Source: a virus
Reading direction: 5' to 3' (one strand)
DNA length: 64,000 bases
IMG/VR virus record: IMGVR_UViG_3300012942_000045
Coordinates: 6,743-70,742 of that record
Part shown: positions 59,761-64,000 of the stretch, in pieces
How the letters are laid out: each line of letters begins with the position of its first letter
Numbering within the stretch: position 1 is the stretch's first letter
The notes under the pieces: model-generated
The model's database searches: none
Seen by the model: the letters and a program-made list of their open reading frames with translations, nothing else
Told to the model about the DNA's origin: nothing
Position numbers and translations under genes: made by a program

Positions 59761-60464
59761 TGGCGTTACCAACTATAAAAGGTTATCAACTTGAGGATGA
59801 GACTATAACTCGGGATGATGTTAATGTCTCAACCACAGGTAAAGCTGTTATTACTAAAATAGTACAGGTAAGTAATACAGGTATTAAAATTAATGCCAGT
59901 AGTGGAGCTGATGCTGGTACAGGTGATGTTAGCCTTATGGTTGATACTGATTATCTTGATGGTATATACCTGCGTTCATATACCCTTCCTACAGCTAGTG
60001 CTAGTACATTAGGAGGGATTAAAGTAGGCACAGGCCTCTCAATAAGCTCAGGTATATTGAGTGTAACAGCTGTAGGAGGAGTTAGCTCGGTAAGTAACTC
60101 AGAGGGCACTCTTACAATCTCACCCACCACAGGTGCAGTTGTAGCAACCCTAAACTTGGCTAAAGCCAATACCTGGACAGCTAATATAACAGCTCCTGCA
60201 TTTTATGAAAGCTCCTCCAGGAAGCTAAAGAAGAATATAAAAGTATTCAGGAAGAATGCTACTGAACTACTTAAACAGGTAAAAATCAAGGAGTTTGATT
60301 TTAAATCAACTGGCACCCACCATATTGGTATTATAGCAGAGGATACAGATAGTATATTCTCAACACCACTACATAACAGTTTTGATTTAGCCTCAACTAT
60401 AGCTGTACTTATAAAGGGATTTCAGGAGCTTGAGGAGAGAGTAAATAAACTAGAAAGGAAATGA
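59760..60464 (+). CDS. distal fibre protein with a peptidase S74-like intramolecular chaperone
   Basis: SSRKLKKNI, IGIIAED and LIKGFQELEERVNKLE at the C-terminus; LGGIKVG module. Confidence 0.8.
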   Translation: MALPTIKGYQLEDETITRDDVNVSTTGKAVITKIVQVSNTGIKINASSGADAGTGDVSLMVDTDYLDGIYLRSYTLPTASASTLGGIKVGTGLSISSGILSVTAVGGVSSVSNSEGTLTISPTTGAVVATLNLAKANTWTANITAPAFYESSSRKLKKNIKVFRKNATELLKQVKIKEFDFKSTGTHHIGIIAEDTDSIFSTPLHNSFDLASTIAVLIKGFQELEERVNKLERK

Positions 60465-61396
60465 AGAGTGATGGCTATATAATTACCAATCAGGATATTT
60501 ATGATTGTATAAATGGTACAAATGGAGGAGATCCCCTAGGTAGGACCTGGAATATGGTAAAAAATCAGGCTCCTCAGAATGGTAAATGCTTAACCCATAC
60601 AGATGCCACTAATTTGGTATATTTAGATACAAGTGCCTTTGATAGTGGATGGTCTACTAATCAATTGATAAAATGGGAAGAGCTCTCTCCTCAATCAACA
60701 TATGGATCCCATTATTATATAACTACAGATAGTTTTTCTAATCCTGATGGAACAGCTAATAAAAATTCATTTACTTACTCATTACAAAGATTTGCAGGGC
60801 CTGTTGAGGTTTGTATTATTCCAGCTATCCTCTCAAGTGCTGCCGGAACTCATACTTCTTTAATTATTAAAGAGGGCACTACAGAACTAGCAAATAAAAC
60901 AATAAATAGCTCTACTTCTATAACAAAATTTAATATCTCTTATGGAGGAACAAGTGATTTAAGTATATACACATCTGGGTCTGGATCAGATACTGGGAGT
61001 TATCTTGTATATTTCTATGTCACTATTAGTATACAGAATATTCCCTTAGCACCAGTAAATCTATATGGAAAGTTAGGAGCTGCAAAAGCTGATAATGGAG
61101 ATCAGTTAATGCTTGCAATTTCCTCTCAAATTGGAGCAGGAATAAATTTACCCGTAAATTCTCTGACTACCAGTTGTGCTCAACTATACCCTGAATTTTG
61201 GATCTGTAAAGGGAAAACTGTCATTATATATTTTACTGACGGAGATGTAGGGAAGGCTTATATAAATATAGATGAGAGTTCCTTATGCCCGACAAATTCT
61301 CCTACCTACTGCCAGTATTCATATTTATCCTCTGATAATGGTGATATATCTGTAACAGTATATGTAACTGGAGGATCTGCAGTAGCTTGTACATAA
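60461..61396 (+). CDS. putative receptor-binding/fibre-tip protein
   Basis: Beta-rich and Cys-containing, directly after the S74 gene, with atypical codon usage. Confidence 0.5.
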   Translation: MKSDGYIITNQDIYDCINGTNGGDPLGRTWNMVKNQAPQNGKCLTHTDATNLVYLDTSAFDSGWSTNQLIKWEELSPQSTYGSHYYITTDSFSNPDGTANKNSFTYSLQRFAGPVEVCIIPAILSSAAGTHTSLIIKEGTTELANKTINSSTSITKFNISYGGTSDLSIYTSGSGSDTGSYLVYFYVTISIQNIPLAPVNLYGKLGAAKADNGDQLMLAISSQIGAGINLPVNSLTTSCAQLYPEFWICKGKTVIIYFTDGDVGKAYINIDESSLCPTNSPTYCQYSYLSSDNGDISVTVYVTGGSAVACT

Positions 61397-61417
61397 TAAC
61401 TATAAAACCAATAAATA

Positions 61418-61717
61418 ATGAAAATCAAAGAATTAATTGCATTTAATGAAAGTATTAAAGAGCTTGATCATAGCTCACCTAAAGTCAAAGAGGCTTTGCA
61501 AACACTACAAGAGAGAATCTCTTATGCGGAGAACATCTCAGAAGCACCTAAAATAAGGGCTCAGATGGAGGATATACAAATCCAGTTAAAGGAGTTACAA
61601 CTTACAAAACAACTTAAAGAGCTTGAGAAATCACTTGGTGAGATTGAGCTGGATTTTGAGCCAGTACCTCTCAAGGGAAAAATACCGGAGGGGATAAAGG
61701 GGATATTATTCGAGTAA
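61418..61717 (+). CDS. small coiled-coil protein, possible fibre assembly chaperone
   Basis: Helical charged 99-aa protein after the fibre genes. Confidence 0.5.
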   Translation: MKIKELIAFNESIKELDHSSPKVKEALQTLQERISYAENISEAPKIRAQMEDIQIQLKELQLTKQLKELEKSLGEIELDFEPVPLKGKIPEGIKGILFE

Positions 61718-61750
61718 TAAAACATTTCGTTATCTATATTATGATCTCTG

Positions 61751-62023
61751 ATGGGCATAAACAAAGAGACTATCCAGGATATCAAAGACTGGAATACTGC
61801 TTATGGCTTAAAACCCTCCAAGTTGAAGAATCTTGTGTGGGGTATAATAGTTATGCTCTCAGCTACCTGTGGATGGTTGGTAAGAGAGGTTATTCATCTC
61901 TCAGACCTTAGAGTCTCGGATGCTAAAGAATCTTACCAGAAGTTGTATGATGAGAGAGTAAAGCAGGATAGTATAAATAACATGTTCAGGATCAAATATT
62001 ATGAGTTAAAGTCCTCAAAATGA
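61751..62023 (+). CDS. single-TM membrane protein (lysis accessory?)
   Basis: TM segment LVWGIIVMLSATCGWLV followed by a charged helix. Confidence 0.55.
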   Translation: MGINKETIQDIKDWNTAYGLKPSKLKNLVWGIIVMLSATCGWLVREVIHLSDLRVSDAKESYQKLYDERVKQDSINNMFRIKYYELKSSK

Positions 62024-62343
62024 GATATATACTGTTTATTCTTATACTGCTATTCTTACCTGCTGTAGCCCAGGTACAACCTAGTAAACCTGATACTGCA
62101 CAGTTATTTTACCAATTAAATGCTATAGCCGAAGATAAATCCTCACTTATAGATAGTCTTGGTGCTATTCAAAAAAGAAGGGAGACAGCAAAAGCATTGA
62201 GATTAGTAAAACATACTTACAAAACTTATTATAGAGGTAAGGTTATGCCAGATGGTAGAACACAGTGGTGGGTATTTCATTATAAGATTGAGAAGGGAGA
62301 TACATTATTTCAAAAGGTAACTAAATATACAACACATAGGTGA
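62020..62343 (+). CDS. secreted protein with a signal peptide
   Basis: MRYILFILILLFLPAVA-Q; overlaps the previous gene (ATGA). Confidence 0.6.
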   Translation: MRYILFILILLFLPAVAQVQPSKPDTAQLFYQLNAIAEDKSSLIDSLGAIQKRRETAKALRLVKHTYKTYYRGKVMPDGRTQWWVFHYKIEKGDTLFQKVTKYTTHR

Positions 62344-62366
62344 GATAGTTATATAGTTTTGTACCT

Positions 62367-63098
62367 ATGACATATTTTCTAACATGCAGTTGTGGTAGAC
62401 ACACCTTACTAGAGAGATCTGTAGGAATGTTCCTAGCTCAAGAGACTCACCAGGATTGTACACAGGTTATATTTAATAATAGTAATGTACCACTTACCCT
62501 GGATTTACCTAAAGATCAACCTAAAAACTTAAGTGTTTGGCTAATAAACTCCTGTGATACTGTATACTCAACTCTAGGGCAAATATATAATCATGCCCTT
62601 ACATTTCTCCCTAAGGAGGGAATTATAGTTCATTATGATGATGATGACTGTATATTACCTAATCATGCTGTAGAGGGCATAAATGGATTTAGAGAGGCTA
62701 CATTTCATAATAAGTTAGCTTACAAGCCATCACAATCATATTATTACGAGGGTGGGAAAGTTTCACTGACCTCAAATGTGATGGAACCCTCCATATTTAT
62801 TGATCTAGGAACTCTTAAAAAGGTAGGTTATAATGATACAACCTCAGACCAACATTTAAAATGGGTCACTTATCTTACTGAGGATAACTTATTATATGTA
62901 GATCCTAGAGGTGTTCCTACCTTATTATATGAATGGGGAAATAGTGTACCTACATTTAAAACCTCTGGTAATCCCAGTAACCCTAATAACTTCCAAGAGT
63001 ACAGGCATTTTTCACAGGATCATGGTGATAGAATAGTTACTCCTTGGTCTAAAGAGAAAGTCAAAGCTTTATATAACTCATTAAACTTACCTAAATGA
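62367..63098 (+). CDS. GT-A fold (GT2-like) glycosyltransferase
   Basis: TCSCGR..LLERSV..FLAQ, VIFNNS, IYNHAL and VHYDDDD(DxD)..LPNH. Confidence 0.8.
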   Translation: MTYFLTCSCGRHTLLERSVGMFLAQETHQDCTQVIFNNSNVPLTLDLPKDQPKNLSVWLINSCDTVYSTLGQIYNHALTFLPKEGIIVHYDDDDCILPNHAVEGINGFREATFHNKLAYKPSQSYYYEGGKVSLTSNVMEPSIFIDLGTLKKVGYNDTTSDQHLKWVTYLTEDNLLYVDPRGVPTLLYEWGNSVPTFKTSGNPSNPNNFQEYRHFSQDHGDRIVTPWSKEKVKALYNSLNLPK

Positions 63099-63262
63099 CA
63101 ATATTATCCTTTTACAATGATTATAAAAGGTTTAAGAATTATGTACTTCATATGCTCTCTATAGGATTTGGAGATCCTACTGCTATAACAGGATACGATA
63201 GTACCAAGACTCAAACTCTTAAAAATGTGAATGGAACCCTTACCTGGGTAACTGAGGCATGA
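63095..63262 (+). CDS. 55-aa protein between the two glycosyltransferases (not in ORF track)
   Basis: MTILSFYNDYKRFKNYVLHMLSIGFGDPTAITGYDSTKTQTLKNVNGTLTWVTEA, with ATGA overlaps at both ends. Confidence 0.75.
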   Translation: MTILSFYNDYKRFKNYVLHMLSIGFGDPTAITGYDSTKTQTLKNVNGTLTWVTEA

Positions 63263-63909
63263 TACCTATAGTAATTAATAACCGTAATAGGTTAACTACA
63301 ACAAGGAAGTTAGTTGAGGATTTAAAAAGGCTAGGGCAACTAAATATTTGGATTATTGATAATAGCAGTACTTATCCTCCCTTACTAGAGTGGTACAATA
63401 CTAATCCTTGTACTATATTATATGAGGATAATCTAGGCCCTTATGCAATATACCATATACCACTATTTAGGACAGTTAATCAGGTAATCTATACAGATAG
63501 TGATATTGAGCTTAATCCTAATATGCCTGATAACTTCGTAGAGATATTTGAACAACTCTCTTGGACATATAAAGGAATTAAAGTAGGGACAGGATTAAGA
63601 GTAGATGATTTACCTCCTTATCCTCAAAGTGAGAATTATAAGAATTGGGAAGCCCAAAACTGGATAGATCAGGTACAGCCATATATATACAAAGGTTATA
63701 TTGATACAACATTTGCATTAATCAACCCCAACATACCATTCTCCTATGAGGGAATAAGAATATGTTCCCCAAATATTATAGCTAGGCATATCCCCTGGTA
63801 CTTAAAGTTGGAGGATTTAGATGAGGAGAATATATACTATATAGAGCATGCAAATGACTACAGTACATTAAAGAGATTTTATAATAGTGATATTAAACAA
63901 AATAACTAA
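63259..63909 (+). CDS. GT-A fold (GT2-like) glycosyltransferase
   Basis: IVINNRNRL, WIIDNSSTY, NLGP and YTDSD (DxD). Confidence 0.82.
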   Translation: MIPIVINNRNRLTTTRKLVEDLKRLGQLNIWIIDNSSTYPPLLEWYNTNPCTILYEDNLGPYAIYHIPLFRTVNQVIYTDSDIELNPNMPDNFVEIFEQLSWTYKGIKVGTGLRVDDLPPYPQSENYKNWEAQNWIDQVQPYIYKGYIDTTFALINPNIPFSYEGIRICSPNIIARHIPWYLKLEDLDEENIYYIEHANDYSTLKRFYNSDIKQNN

Positions 63910-63912
63910 ATA

Positions 63913-64000
63913 ATGGGGTTTTTTAAAAGTGATCCAAAGTTTAGAGTAATTAAGAGAGTAAACTGTAATGGTTCCTGTATATATGTAGGACAAAGGAGAG
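63913..64000 (+). CDS. 3'-truncated hypothetical protein
   Basis: ATG 3 nt after the previous stop, open to the window end (MGFFKSDPKFRVIKRVNCNGS...). Confidence 0.5.
   Translation, partial: MGFFKSDPKFRVIKRVNCNGSCIYVGQRR

Noticed and set aside
37602-60169. Numerous 60-200 aa minus-strand ORFs within the giant genes and fibre genes
   Set aside because: These are shadow ORFs of long + strand genes with no promoters or recognisable motifs.
61751-62343. Rz/Rz1 spanin pair
   Set aside because: The second protein has an SPI-type signal and no lipobox Cys, so an o-spanin call is unsupported. Left as membrane/secreted proteins.
1-64000. Stop-codon reassignment, as seen in some crAss-like phages
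   Set aside because: Genes tile densely in code 11, TGA and TAG end genes at sensible places, and no suppressor tRNA is seen.

Overview
This window is about 64 kb of a lytic-type, crAss-like (Crassvirales-related) dsDNA phage genome, read in standard code 11 and almost entirely on the + strand. The host is probably Bacteroidota, inferred from TTTG-N19/20-TAnnTTTG promoters and A/T-rich leaders without Shine-Dalgarno sequences. The window covers the virion module: terminase, portal, scaffold, major capsid protein, conserved head/tail ring genes, a muramidase endolysin, Cys-rich fibre proteins, a holin-like gene, a metallophosphoesterase, IHF-like, tail-tube and tail-stabilisation genes, an inserted HNH-AP2 homing endonuclease, cargo/ejection proteins, a 4304-aa virion RNA polymerase (DFDID), a zincin plus PD-(D/E)xK polyvalent protein, a second fibre cluster and two GT-A glycosyltransferases. 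Most notable are six things. (1) Six codon-mixed mucin-like Thr/Ser tracts in five proteins occur together with two phage glycosyltransferases, a candidate virion O-glycosylation system. (2) A homing endonuclease split a cargo gene and carries a recoded replacement N-terminus, leaving the original 14 codons behind. (3) Cargo proteins are built of small domains separated by repeated [F/Y]xxGG motifs. (4) Two non-canonical tRNA-like elements sit at late-operon gene junctions. (5) An antisense envelope-protein cassette lies inside the ejection operon. (6) Three consecutive fibre genes share a plug-and-socket pattern. All product calls come from motif recognition and gene order only; no database searches were run.
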